Positions 1-9,325 of a DNA stretch of 24,000 nt are shown piece by piece (position 1 is the stretch's first letter; every line of letters starts with the position of its first letter). Under the pieces are notes generated by a model. It made no database searches, was not told where the DNA came from, and saw nothing but the letters and a program-made list of their open reading frames with translations. The stretch covers positions 36,717 to 60,716 of the forward strand of contig CAMQDG010000001.1 in assembly GCA_946999425.1 (NCBI GenBank). The letters are read 5' to 3'. Source of the DNA: an uncultured Peptoniphilus sp. GTDB lineage: Bacteria; Bacillota; Clostridia; Tissierellales; Peptoniphilaceae. The position numbers and the translations under genes were made by a program.

Positions 1-487
1 CTAATGTAAGCACATTTTTATTTGGATGTACTCTTGCTTCTTCCTCTGTTATTTCACCTATATCCAACAAATAATTGACATAAGTATCATCTCTTGTAAG
101 TTTTCTCATTCCTTCTTTGTCAAGCTCATATATTCTTGAATCTCCTACATTGGCATAAATAAATTGCTTTTCAAAAATATAGGCTATTGAAAGAGTGGTA
201 CCCATGCCCTTATATTTTTCCACACTATTTGCTAAATCGAAAACTACTTTATTTGCAAGTTCAATTGACTCTTCTATAAGTGTTTTTACATCTGTCGCTT
301 CTTTTATATTCTTGCTTTCAAATTCATGGACTATAGTTTTAACAGCTGTTGCTGAAGCTGTTTCACCTGCTAAATGTCCACCCATTCCGTCTGCAAGAAT
401 AAATAGAGGAAGATTTTCGGACACGTGGTAATAATCTTCATTTTTTTCTCTGACTTTACCGACGTTAGTTTTTGAAACTATTTTCAA
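1..487 (-). CDS. stp: PP2C-family Ser/Thr protein phosphatase (Stp/PrpC-like), N-terminal part only; the C-terminus lies beyond the window's left edge
   Basis: Not in the ORF track because it has no stop in the window. Hand translation of the minus strand from TTG at 487-485 gives (M)KIVSKTNVGKVREKNEDYYHVSENLPLFILADGMGGHLAGETASATAVKTIVHEFESKNIK. VGxVRxxNED and ADGMGGHxAGE are the PP2C metal-binding motifs. GAGG lies 7 nt upstream. The TTG overlaps the rlmN stop (TTGA). The position downstream of rlmN matches the conserved rlmN-stp-prkC order of Firmicutes. Confidence 0.9.
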   Translation of the reverse strand, partial: MKIVSKTNVGKVREKNEDYYHVSENLPLFILADGMGGHLAGETASATAVKTIVHEFESKNIKEATDVKTLIEESIELANKVVFDLANSVEKYKGMGTTLSIAYIFEKQFIYANVGDSRIYELDKEGMRKLTRDDTYVNYLLDIGEITEEEARVHPNKNVLTL

Positions 488-1500
488 TTTTCTACCTCAC
501 TACTTCTCTTTAACTGCCCACACGATGCTGAAATATCACTACCTAATTCTCTTCTAATTGTAGCATTTAATCCAAGTTTATTCATTTTATTTTTAAAATC
601 TTCAACTTTTTTTCTTTCAGGCCTTTTTTCTTGATATTCTTCAATGGGATTTAAAGGTATTATATTTAAATGACTTCTCATGCCTTTCAATAACTTGGAA
701 AGTTCATTGGCATGAGTATCTTTATTATTTACTCCGTCAATTAAAGTATATTCAAAAGTAACTCTTGTGCCTGTTTTTTCTTCATAATATTTGCAAGCTT
801 TTATAACTTCACTAATATCATATTTTTTTGCAATTGGCATAATTTTTTTTCTTTCATCGTTAAAAGGATTGTGTAAAGAAAGTGCAAGAGTTATTTTTTT
901 ATTATAATCTGCCAGTTCATAAATCTTTGGACTTATGCCACAAGTGGAGATTGTGATGCTTTTATAACTCATATTATGGCCTTTTTCATCATGAAGAATT
1001 TCTAAAAATTTTAAAAGATTTTCAAAATTATCAAAAGGCTCCCCTGAACCCATTAATATAACATTTGAAACATTTATATCAAAGGCTTTTTCAACTTGAT
1101 AAATCTGTCCTAACATTTCCGATGGTCTTAAATTTCTAACAAGACCTTTTTTTGTTGATGCACAAAAAGAACAATTCATTCTACATCCAACTTGGGTTGA
1201 AATACATTGGGCATAACCGTATTTATATTTCATAAGAACTCCCTCTATAAGGTTGCCGTCATCTAAGATAAATAGAAATTTTTTTGTTTCATCAAGTTTT
1301 GAATTAAAAATTTTATGAATTTTTATTCTGCTCACATCTAAATCTCTTAAAGATTTAGGAAGGTTAGAAGACTCTTTTAAATTTAACTTTTTCTCAGAAT
1401 TGAAAAATCTAAATAATTGTTCAGCTCTAAAAGGTTTTTCTCCTACTTGTCCTATATATTCTTTCATTTCCTCAAAAGTTAAATCATTTATATAAATCAT
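484..1500 (-). CDS. rlmN: 23S rRNA/tRNA adenine-C2 methyltransferase RlmN (radical SAM)
   Basis: 338 aa with the radical-SAM cluster motif CRMNCSFCAS, MGSGEP, and C-terminal Cys (SASCGQL). ATGA overlap with rsmB. Conserved synteny fmt-rsmB-rlmN-stp. Confidence 0.95.
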   Translation of the reverse strand: MIYINDLTFEEMKEYIGQVGEKPFRAEQLFRFFNSEKKLNLKESSNLPKSLRDLDVSRIKIHKIFNSKLDETKKFLFILDDGNLIEGVLMKYKYGYAQCISTQVGCRMNCSFCASTKKGLVRNLRPSEMLGQIYQVEKAFDINVSNVILMGSGEPFDNFENLLKFLEILHDEKGHNMSYKSITISTCGISPKIYELADYNKKITLALSLHNPFNDERKKIMPIAKKYDISEVIKACKYYEEKTGTRVTFEYTLIDGVNNKDTHANELSKLLKGMRSHLNIIPLNPIEEYQEKRPERKKVEDFKNKMNKLGLNATIRRELGSDISASCGQLKRSSEVEN

Positions 1501-2762
1501 CTTATTTTCCTTAATTTAGTCATTGAAAATCCATCGCTTCCCATTGTTACATCAGTTCTGAAAGTATCTTTACCAAAGGTTTTTACAATTTCAAAGTTTT
1601 TATTTTCCTGCAAAAATTTTGAAATTATATCCTCATTTTCAACTTTCAAAATAGAACAAGTTGAGTATAATATCTCACCTTTTAGTTTTACATATTGTGA
1701 CGCATTTTCCAATAGTTTATATTGAATTTCTGACAATTTTTTTATATTTGAAAAATCCTTATATTTTATTTCTGGTTTTCTTCTTACAAGTCCTATGGCT
1801 GAACAGGGTGCATCTAACATAACATAATCAAATTCATTTTTATTTTCTTCTTTGTAGATAGTTGAATCATTTATTTGAGTTTTTACTATTTTTATTCCAA
1901 GTCTTTTTGTGTTTTCATCAATAAGTTTTATTTTTTTATCCCTGTCCCAAGCAAGGATGCTACCCTCATTTTTCATAAGGGCTGCCATATGGGCGGTCTT
2001 TCCTCCGGGAGCTGCACACATATCCAAAACTTTTGAGCCAGGTCTTGGATTTAAAACCTGAGAAATTAAAATTGAACCTGAATCCTGAACATAAAAAAAT
2101 CCCTTTTTAAATTCATCTGAGTCTAAAATTCCTCTTGGATTTTCTATTTTTAATCCTGCATCCGTAAGCTTATCAAGCTTAACAACATAATTTTCTTCAA
2201 GTTTTTTTAAAAGTTCTTCTCTTGAAATCTTTAATGTATTTGTCCTTATAGTGAATGGTGCTTCACTATTATTAAGTTTTAAAATTTCTTTTCCTTTTTC
2301 TTCTCCATATAAACTTATTATATATTCTACATAGGAAAGGCTATGGGAATAAAATGTTGAAAGATACTCGTAGCCTTTTAAATCAACTGAAAAATCTTTT
2401 TCTCTTATAATATTTCTAAGGATTCCATTTACATAGCCTATGGAACCTCTATTTCCCACTTCTTTTGCAAGTTTTACAGCTTCATCAACAATGGTGTACT
2501 CCGGTATATTATACATAAAAATTATTTGATAAAGGCTTAATTCAAGTATAGTAAGAATTTTTTCGTGAATTTTTTTAAACTTTATTTTTGAATTTTTTTC
2601 AATTAAATAATCCAAATAAGTTTTATTTTTAATAACTCCGCTTGTAATTTCTCTTAAAAGGGGCATCTCTTCATAACTTCTATACTTATCTAAGGCATTC
2701 CATAAAAAAGCACCCTTGTTTACTTCAAGGATGATTTTCATTGCATATTTTCTAACTGTCAT
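1497..2762 (-). CDS. rsmB: 16S rRNA (cytosine967-C5)-methyltransferase RsmB/Sun
   Basis: 421 aa. NusB-like N-terminal domain, SAM motif DMCAAPGGKT, catalytic region LDAPCSAIG and YSTCS. Confidence 0.93.
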   Translation of the reverse strand: MTVRKYAMKIILEVNKGAFLWNALDKYRSYEEMPLLREITSGVIKNKTYLDYLIEKNSKIKFKKIHEKILTILELSLYQIIFMYNIPEYTIVDEAVKLAKEVGNRGSIGYVNGILRNIIREKDFSVDLKGYEYLSTFYSHSLSYVEYIISLYGEEKGKEILKLNNSEAPFTIRTNTLKISREELLKKLEENYVVKLDKLTDAGLKIENPRGILDSDEFKKGFFYVQDSGSILISQVLNPRPGSKVLDMCAAPGGKTAHMAALMKNEGSILAWDRDKKIKLIDENTKRLGIKIVKTQINDSTIYKEENKNEFDYVMLDAPCSAIGLVRRKPEIKYKDFSNIKKLSEIQYKLLENASQYVKLKGEILYSTCSILKVENEDIISKFLQENKNFEIVKTFGKDTFRTDVTMGSDGFSMTKLRKIR

Positions 2763-2763
2763 C

Positions 2764-3447
2764 TTATCTTCTTCTCCTATCTCTTAAGGCTAAAAGTCTA
2801 AGGAGATTTCCTATTGCTACAAGAGCAGAAGCAACATAAGTTAAAGCTGCTGCAGAAAGAACTTTTTCAGTTCCTTCCATAACTCCATCAGACATGAAAA
2901 GTTTTAGTTCTTCCTTTGCCCTTGCCGATGCATTAAATTCAACTGGAAGAGTTATTATAGAAAATGCCACTGCCAATAGAAAAAGACCTATTCCTAAATT
3001 TAATAAGAAATCTGAAAATATAAGTCCTATAAAAACAAGATACATGCCTAAGTTTGATCCTATGGCGACTCCTGGAGCAAGATAAGTCCTAAGAGCAAGA
3101 GGTCCATATCTTTCCTTGTCTTGCAAGGCATGACCTACTTCATGGGCTGCAATAGCAGCTGATGCTACGCTGGAATTTTCATAAACTTCCGGTGATAATG
3201 AAAGGCTCTTATCTCTTGGATCATAGTGGTCTGTTAATCTTCCCTTTATTTCTTTTATGGTTACATTATTTAAGCCATTTGCATCCAAAATTTTTCTTGC
3301 AACTTGAGCTCCTGTTAAACCATTCTCATTAAACACTTTTCTATATTTTTCATAATTTGAAGAAATTTTACTTTGAGCATACAGAGCGAGCAAAAATCCT
3401 GGAATCAAATATATTAAACCTGAATAGTATCCGTATCCTAAAAGCAT
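2764..3447 (-). CDS. Membrane zinc metallopeptidase, YugP-like (Zn_peptidase_2 family)
   Basis: 227 aa. HEXXH motif (HEVGHALQ) and hydrophobic N- and C-terminal segments. Strong RBS AGGAGG encoded within the last codons of fmt. This family commonly sits between fmt and rsmB in clostridial genomes. Confidence 0.85.
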   Translation of the reverse strand: MLLGYGYYSGLIYLIPGFLLALYAQSKISSNYEKYRKVFNENGLTGAQVARKILDANGLNNVTIKEIKGRLTDHYDPRDKSLSLSPEVYENSSVASAAIAAHEVGHALQDKERYGPLALRTYLAPGVAIGSNLGMYLVFIGLIFSDFLLNLGIGLFLLAVAFSIITLPVEFNASARAKEELKLFMSDGVMEGTEKVLSAAALTYVASALVAIGNLLRLLALRDRRRR

Positions 3448-3448
3448 A

Positions 3449-4387
3449 TTAACCTCCTATTATTTTATCTTCTTCAATCTTTCTTCCACGAAGAAAATCT
3501 TCCGTGTTCATCATTTTTTTACCCGGCCACTGAATTTTATTAATCTTTATGGCTTTATCCTTTGTCATAATAATTAGTTGACCTTCCTTTGAAATAACCT
3601 GCCCAGCTTTTCCTTCCAAGTCCAAAACTTCAATATCGGAAATTTTAATTCTATTGCCGTCATAATTAAAAGATATTCCTGGTTTATCAAACAAGGCTCT
3701 GGAAAGTCTTTCAATTTCATCAGCAGTCATCTTTTTAAAATCAATAAATCCTTCTTCTTTTTCAACTTTTTGAGCATAGGTCGCCTTAGAATCCTCTTGT
3801 TTTATCCACTTAATATTATTTTTTTCATAATCTTCTAAAAATTTAATAATTAAGTCTGCACCCATTTGTCCCAATTCTTCTGTAAGTTCATCTATGTCTT
3901 TATTTTTTATTGGAGTTTTATCTTGAAGACAATAATCTCCTGTATCAAGTCCCTCTTCAATTTTCATAATTGAAACTCCAGCAAATTCATCCCCATTTAT
4001 TATAGCTCTGTTAATAGGAGCCGCTCCTCTTAACTTAGGAAGAAGAGATGCGTGAATATTGACCGGATTATTTCCTGTTAATTTTAAAATTTCATCTTTT
4101 AAAATTTTTCCATAAGCTGCCACAACTATTAAATCAGCATCCATGGACTTTAACTTATCTATAGCTTCTTTTGAATTAATTTTTTCAGGTTGATAAACTT
4201 CAAGGCCCAAGGCTTCTGCACAAATTTTTATTTCAGGTTTGGCTAGTTTTTTGCCCCTTCCTTGTCTCTTATCTTCCCTTGTTACTACCAGGACAACTTG
4301 ATGTTTTTCTGAAATCTTTTTTAAGGCTGGAACAGCAAAACTTGGAGTTCCCATAAAAATAATTTTCAAATTATTCTTCACTCCCAT
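3449..4387 (-). CDS. fmt: Methionyl-tRNA formyltransferase
   Basis: 312 aa with IIFMGTPSFAVPAL N-terminus and HASLLPKLRGAAPINRAI motif. The ATG at 4387 overlaps def by 17 nt. An alternative TTG start at 4369 (RBS GGGAGTGA 8 nt upstream) would give the canonical MKIIFMGTP N-terminus with no overlap. Confidence 0.93.
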   Translation of the reverse strand: MGVKNNLKIIFMGTPSFAVPALKKISEKHQVVLVVTREDKRQGRGKKLAKPEIKICAEALGLEVYQPEKINSKEAIDKLKSMDADLIVVAAYGKILKDEILKLTGNNPVNIHASLLPKLRGAAPINRAIINGDEFAGVSIMKIEEGLDTGDYCLQDKTPIKNKDIDELTEELGQMGADLIIKFLEDYEKNNIKWIKQEDSKATYAQKVEKEEGFIDFKKMTADEIERLSRALFDKPGISFNYDGNRIKISDIEVLDLEGKAGQVISKEGQLIIMTKDKAIKINKIQWPGKKMMNTEDFLRGRKIEEDKIIGG

Positions 4388-4856
4388 CTTCTTTTACCTT
4401 AGATAAATCTACAATATTTTCTGCCATATCAATATATAAAATCCCATTTAAATGGTCAGTTTCATGTTGCAAAATTCTTGCAAGAAATCCCTCAGCTTCA
4501 ATTTGGCATTCCTCTTGATCTTCAGATAGATATTTTACTTTTACCTTATTAAATCTTTTAACGGTTCCTTGTTTTCCCGGTACTGAAAGACAACCTTCTG
4601 GTCCTATTTGCTCTCCACTTTCTTCAATAAATTCTGGATTTATAAGAGCAAGTCTATTTTCTTCTCCGTCATCAATTACAATTATTCTTTTTAAAATTCC
4701 CACTTGAGGTGCAGCAAGGCCAACACCTTCTGCATCATCCATGGTTTCAAACATATCTTCAATTAAAATTTTTACTCTATCATCTATTTTTGTAACTTCT
4801 CTTGATCTCTTTCTTAAAATCGGATCTCCATCAGTTCTAATATTTCTCTTAGCCAT
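4371..4856 (-). CDS. def: Peptide deformylase
   Basis: 161 aa. All three deformylase motifs are present: GVGLAAPQ, EGCLSVPG, QHETDHLNG. Confidence 0.96.
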   Translation of the reverse strand: MAKRNIRTDGDPILRKRSREVTKIDDRVKILIEDMFETMDDAEGVGLAAPQVGILKRIIVIDDGEENRLALINPEFIEESGEQIGPEGCLSVPGKQGTVKRFNKVKVKYLSEDQEECQIEAEGFLARILQHETDHLNGILYIDMAENIVDLSKVKEDGSEE

Positions 4857-4858
4857 AC

Positions 4859-7171
4859 TTACTCCATTTCTATATCAATTTTTATATTATTTATCTCTTT
4901 CTTATTAATTACCCCTTTAAGGGCATTTAATAACGTCTTTTCATCTCTTGGGTCTACTTTTATAAGGACTTTTTGTCTATAAATATTTTTTATTTTAGGA
5001 ATGTTTATAAGTCTTGAACGAACTGCACTTATATTTTTAAGCTCCTCTATTAAATATTTTAAAAAATCTTCAGCATATTCTTTTATTGCTTTTTCTTCCC
5101 TTGATGAAAAAACAATGGTATAAAGTTTTGTAAAAGGTGGATATTCAGAAATTTTTCTAACTTGTAATTCGTCTTTATAAAAATTTTCATAATCACTTTT
5201 TGCAGCATGAACTATGGAATAATTGTCTGGATTATAAGTTTGAATGACAACATTTCCTTGCTTTTCTGACCTTCCAGCCCTGCCTGAAACTTGAGTAATA
5301 AGTTCAAAAGTTGTGGCTTGAGCCCTATAATCTGAAATATATAGGGACATGTCTGCAGCAATAATTCCCACTAAAGTTACATTTTCAAAATCAAAACCCT
5401 TAGCTAACATTTGAGTTCCTATTAAAACATCAACTTCGTGATTTTTTACAAGTTCATAAACCTCATCATAAGAATTTTTCTTATTCATGGTGTCTCTATC
5501 CATTCTAAAGACCTTTGCCTTTGGAAAGGCTTTTTTTACTTCCATTTCAACTCTTTGAGTTCCTATTCCAAATTGTTTCACATATTTGCTCCCACAGTTT
5601 GGACAAGCTTTAACCATTGGCTTAACACTTCCACAGTAGTGACACCTTAAATGGTTCATGTCTTTATGATAGGTCATGGATATGTCACAATTGTCGCATT
5701 TAACAACATAACCACAAGACCTGCAACTGACAAAATTTGAAAATCCCCTTCTGTTTAAAAATAAAATAATTTGTTCATTTTTTGAAAGTTTTTCTTCCAT
5801 AAGCCTATATAATTTATTACTGAAAATAGAAAGATTTCCTGAAAATAATTCCTCTCTCATATCTGCAATGTCAACTTTAGGAAGTCTTGCTCCCTCTACT
5901 GCCCTATTTTTTAATTTAAAAAGTTGATATTTATTTTCTTGAGCATTTTTAAAACTTTCTATGGATGGTGTTGCTGAACCTAATACTACTTTTCCCCTGC
6001 CTTCCATTCTTTTAAGGGCAACTTCTCTTGTATCATAGGAATTGTTTTTTGAAAATCTATAAGACGAGTCATGTTCTTCATCAATCACAATTAATTTCAA
6101 ATTTTTAAGAGGGGCAAAAACTGCTGATCTTGCTCCAACAACTATGTCCACTTGATCATTTTTAATTTTCATATATTGGTCAAATCTTTCTCCTGGTGAA
6201 AGTCTCGAATGTAAAATTGAAACTCTGCCCGGAAATCTTCCCATAAATCTTTCTATCATCTGGGGAGTTAATCCTATTTCAGGAACAAGAATTATAACTT
6301 GCCCGCCCTTATCTATAATCTCTTTTGAAAGTTTTAAATAAACTTCTGTCTTTCCACTTCCAGTTTTTCCATATAAAAGGCTCGTTTCTTTTTTTGTTTC
6401 TAAAATCCCCTTATAAGCTTCAACTTGCTCCATATTTAGGGGAACTGGATGATATTCTTTCTGTTTCTCATAGGGATCTCTTTGGTCCTTTACTAAAAAT
6501 TCTTCAATAATATTTTTCTTAATTAAAGTTTTTAGAGGAGAATCTGAGATTTGTAAATCTTCTAAAATTTCTTTTTTTGTTTTTTCTCCATTTTTCGCAA
6601 GATATTTTATTACATCTTTTGCAGGTTCGCTTAACTTTTCTGAAAAAGTCAAATCAAGATAATTTTCCCTTAAATTATAAAAACTTATAAATTTTTCTTT
6701 AACTTGAGTTTTTATTTTATATAAAAATTTTATTTGGCCCTTAGCCTTTAAATCCTTTAAAAGTCTTCTTTCCTCTGCTTTTAAATCATAAATATTTCTA
6801 TTTAAAAGATGACTGTAAGGCTGTTTTTCATCACCTTGTGCGTAAACTTCAATAAATTTATAATCTCCCGGAGGCAGTATTGGCTGAAAAGATTTATAAT
6901 ATCCCTTTAAATATTTATCCTTCATCCAAAATCCAAGGTCTATTAAATCTTTATTAATTATAGGTTCATCATCAATTACATCTATAACCTTTTTTAACTT
7001 TTTTGATTCATTTTCAACATTTATGCGAACTACAAGACCTATAAGACTTCTATTCCCTTTTCCAAAAGAAACATGAACTCTCATTCCCGGGTCAACTAAA
7101 AAATCACATTCATATGTATAAAGTCTGTCAAAGTTTGAAAGACTTTTTTCAATAAAAACTTCAATAAACAC
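4859..7171 (-). CDS. priA: Primosomal replication-restart helicase PriA (protein N')
   Basis: 770 aa. Walker A GKTGSGKTEVY, DEEH box (VIDEEHD), and a Cys-rich zinc-binding insertion (CRSCGYVVKCDNCDISMTYH...CHYCG...CPNCGS). GTG start at 7171 with GGAAGTGA 4 nt upstream. Confidence 0.95.
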   Translation of the reverse strand: MFIEVFIEKSLSNFDRLYTYECDFLVDPGMRVHVSFGKGNRSLIGLVVRINVENESKKLKKVIDVIDDEPIINKDLIDLGFWMKDKYLKGYYKSFQPILPPGDYKFIEVYAQGDEKQPYSHLLNRNIYDLKAEERRLLKDLKAKGQIKFLYKIKTQVKEKFISFYNLRENYLDLTFSEKLSEPAKDVIKYLAKNGEKTKKEILEDLQISDSPLKTLIKKNIIEEFLVKDQRDPYEKQKEYHPVPLNMEQVEAYKGILETKKETSLLYGKTGSGKTEVYLKLSKEIIDKGGQVIILVPEIGLTPQMIERFMGRFPGRVSILHSRLSPGERFDQYMKIKNDQVDIVVGARSAVFAPLKNLKLIVIDEEHDSSYRFSKNNSYDTREVALKRMEGRGKVVLGSATPSIESFKNAQENKYQLFKLKNRAVEGARLPKVDIADMREELFSGNLSIFSNKLYRLMEEKLSKNEQIILFLNRRGFSNFVSCRSCGYVVKCDNCDISMTYHKDMNHLRCHYCGSVKPMVKACPNCGSKYVKQFGIGTQRVEMEVKKAFPKAKVFRMDRDTMNKKNSYDEVYELVKNHEVDVLIGTQMLAKGFDFENVTLVGIIAADMSLYISDYRAQATTFELITQVSGRAGRSEKQGNVVIQTYNPDNYSIVHAAKSDYENFYKDELQVRKISEYPPFTKLYTIVFSSREEKAIKEYAEDFLKYLIEELKNISAVRSRLINIPKIKNIYRQKVLIKVDPRDEKTLLNALKGVINKKEINNIKIDIEME

Positions 7172-7182
7172 TTAATCACTTC

Positions 7183-7212
7183 CAAAAAATAAAGTAGGTT
7201 TTTAGCCTACTT
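7183..7212 (-). terminator. Weak intrinsic terminator/attenuator-like hairpin overlapping the coaBC stop codon
   Basis: Minus-strand RNA GAAGUAGG-CUAAAAA-CCUACUUU (8 bp including one G-U) followed by AUUUUUUGG. The right arm includes the coaBC TAG (7207-7209). The priA RBS follows immediately. Confidence 0.4.
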
Positions 7213-8406
7213 CAATAATACTTTTACTTTGTCTATAATTATTCTTGCAAGATCTTCTTTGCTCATAATGTCAAATTTTTCAAAATTTCCTGATTTATCA
7301 ATAATACTTGCAATGTTTGTGTCCGATTTAAATCCTGCTCCTTGGCTTTTAATATTATTTATTACAATTAAATCCATATTTTTGCTTGCCAATTTATTTT
7401 TTCCATATTCAAGTTCATTTGTTGATTCTGCAGCGAATCCAACTAAGACTCTATCCTCTTTCACTTGCCCTACATATTTTGCAATATCCGGGTTTTTTTC
7501 CAGCTCTAAAAAATCCATATCTTTTTCCGAATTTTTCTTTATTTTTTCCTTTTGATAAAACTTAGGTCTGTAATCTGCCGGAGCTGCAGCTTTAATAATA
7601 ACATCAGCATCTTTCAGTTCTTCTTTAACTGCATTAAACATATCTTCAGTAGAAATAATATCAATAATTTTGTCAACTTTAGGACCTTTATTGTCAACAG
7701 GTCCCTTAATAAGAACTACATGAGCTCCTCTATAAAAGGCTTCCTTTGCAAGAGCAAAACCCATTTTACCAGAAGAATGGTTGGATAAAAATCTTACAGG
7801 GTCAAGAGCTTCTTCAGTTCTTCCTGCAGTTATAACAAATTTTTTTCCAAAAAGATCTTTTTCTGTCAATTGATACTCAATAAGATCAATAATTTCTGAA
7901 GGCTCAAGCATTTTCCCCTGGCCCACATCTCCACAGGCAAGTAAATCATTTTGAGTTGAGCTTATTAAAAAACCCTTTTTCTTTAAATCTTCCAAATTTT
8001 TTTGAGTCTGTTCATTTTTAAGCATGTAAGTATTCATAGCAGGAACTATTAAAACAGGACACCTCTTTGCTAAAAGAACTGTTGTTAAAAGATTATCTCC
8101 AATACCCCAATTTATTTTTGCAATTGTATTTGCAGTGGCAGGAGCAACAACTATTATGTCTGCCCATTTTGCAAGGGCTATATGTTCCACATCCATATTT
8201 TTCATTTGGTCAAATTGTTCAATATGGACTGGATTATTTGACAAAGTTTGAAAGGTAAGAGGACTTACAAAATGAGTTGCTCCTTCTGTCATTATTACCT
8301 TTACTTGAGCTCCCTGCTTTTTTAATCCGCTTACAAGACTTGCTGCCTTAAAGGCGGCAATCCCTCCCGTTACTCCTAAGAGAATTTTTTTATTCTTCAA
8401 GATCAT
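7207..8406 (-). CDS. coaBC: Bifunctional phosphopantothenoylcysteine decarboxylase / phosphopantothenate-cysteine ligase
   Basis: 399 aa. N-terminal flavoprotein domain (GVTGGIAAFKA, PAMN) and C-terminal CoaB domain (ITAGRTEEALDPVRFLSNHSSGKMG). RBS GAGGAAG. 17-nt overlap with rpoZ. Confidence 0.95.
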   Translation of the reverse strand: MILKNKKILLGVTGGIAAFKAASLVSGLKKQGAQVKVIMTEGATHFVSPLTFQTLSNNPVHIEQFDQMKNMDVEHIALAKWADIIVVAPATANTIAKINWGIGDNLLTTVLLAKRCPVLIVPAMNTYMLKNEQTQKNLEDLKKKGFLISSTQNDLLACGDVGQGKMLEPSEIIDLIEYQLTEKDLFGKKFVITAGRTEEALDPVRFLSNHSSGKMGFALAKEAFYRGAHVVLIKGPVDNKGPKVDKIIDIISTEDMFNAVKEELKDADVIIKAAAPADYRPKFYQKEKIKKNSEKDMDFLELEKNPDIAKYVGQVKEDRVLVGFAAESTNELEYGKNKLASKNMDLIVINNIKSQGAGFKSDTNIASIIDKSGNFEKFDIMSKEDLARIIIDKVKVLLK

Positions 8407-8698
8407 CAGAAACTTCCTCGTCAGATAAAATCATATATTTTTCTCTTAAAATTCCTAGTCTCTTTTCTTTTTCATCGTTAATTTTTTTATCATATTGGCT
8501 GTTTGTCATAGGCGGACCAAATTTTATAACTCCGTCTACAGCCTCTTGAAGAGCAATAGAAACAGGCTTTGTAAGTTCCGTATCTTCTAATGGTCCATTT
8601 CCATCTACAATTTTTCTTGCTCTTTTTGAAACAAGCATTACAAGAGAATATCTTGAGTTTGTAATTTTTTTAATTTCTTCAAATGACGGTATTATCAT
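8390..8698 (-). CDS. rpoZ: DNA-directed RNA polymerase subunit omega
   Basis: 102 aa. The N-terminal core NSRYSLVMLVSKRARKI matches the omega signature. Conserved gmk-rpoZ-coaBC order. Long Lys/Glu-rich acidic C-terminal tail. Confidence 0.9.
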   Translation of the reverse strand: MIIPSFEEIKKITNSRYSLVMLVSKRARKIVDGNGPLEDTELTKPVSIALQEAVDGVIKFGPPMTNSQYDKKINDEKEKRLGILREKYMILSDEEVSDDLEE

Positions 8699-9314
8699 CT
8701 AATTTTCCTTTCTGTTTTAAAACTTCTTTTTTTATATCTGAATGTCTTTTTGTTCTTAGCTTTTCAGCGGCAATAATATGTTCAATATCCGATACGGCCT
8801 TTTCCACTGTTGAGTTTACAACAAAAAAGTCATATTCTCCTACAAAGTCCAGTTCTTTAAAGGCATTTCTAAACCTTGTATTTATTTCTTCTTCTGTTTC
8901 CGTATCTCTTTTTATAAGTCTTTGTTTAAGCTCGTCCATAGTCGGCGGCAACAAAAATATAAATACTGCTTCTTTATATTTTTTCTTTATTTGCAAGGCT
9001 CCCTGAACGTCAATTTCAAGGAGAACTATTTCGCCTTTTTCAATTTCATTAAACACAAACTCTTTAGGTGTGCCATAATAATTTGTATGGACAAAGGCAT
9101 ATTCTAAGAGCCCGTCGTTTTTTACCATATCTTCAAATTCATCAACGCTTACAAAAAAATAATTTTCTCCATTTACTTCTCCTGGTCTGGGAGTTCTTGT
9201 TGTTACTGAAGTTGAAAATACTATTTCTTTATTCTCTTTTAACAGTGCTTCACTTACAGTACCCTTTCCGCTTCCGGATGGTCCACTTAACACAAGTAAA
9301 AAACCTTTGGACAA
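8679..9314 (-). CDS. gmk: Guanylate kinase
   Basis: 211 aa. P-loop GPSGSGKGT and TTRTPRPGEVNGENYFF. TTG start at 9314-9312 preceded by GGCGGTGA. Confidence 0.95.
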   Translation of the reverse strand: MSKGFLLVLSGPSGSGKGTVSEALLKENKEIVFSTSVTTRTPRPGEVNGENYFFVSVDEFEDMVKNDGLLEYAFVHTNYYGTPKEFVFNEIEKGEIVLLEIDVQGALQIKKKYKEAVFIFLLPPTMDELKQRLIKRDTETEEEINTRFRNAFKELDFVGEYDFFVVNSTVEKAVSDIEHIIAAEKLRTKRHSDIKKEVLKQKGKLDDNTVI

Positions 9315-9325
9315 AATTTCACCGC

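Noticed and set aside
195-431. 78-aa plus-strand ORF at the left edge
   Set aside because: It lies entirely antisense to the PP2C phosphatase coding frame, whose motifs (VGKVREKNED, ADGMGGHLAGE) are unambiguous. The antisense translation is low-complexity S/F/I-rich with no RBS.
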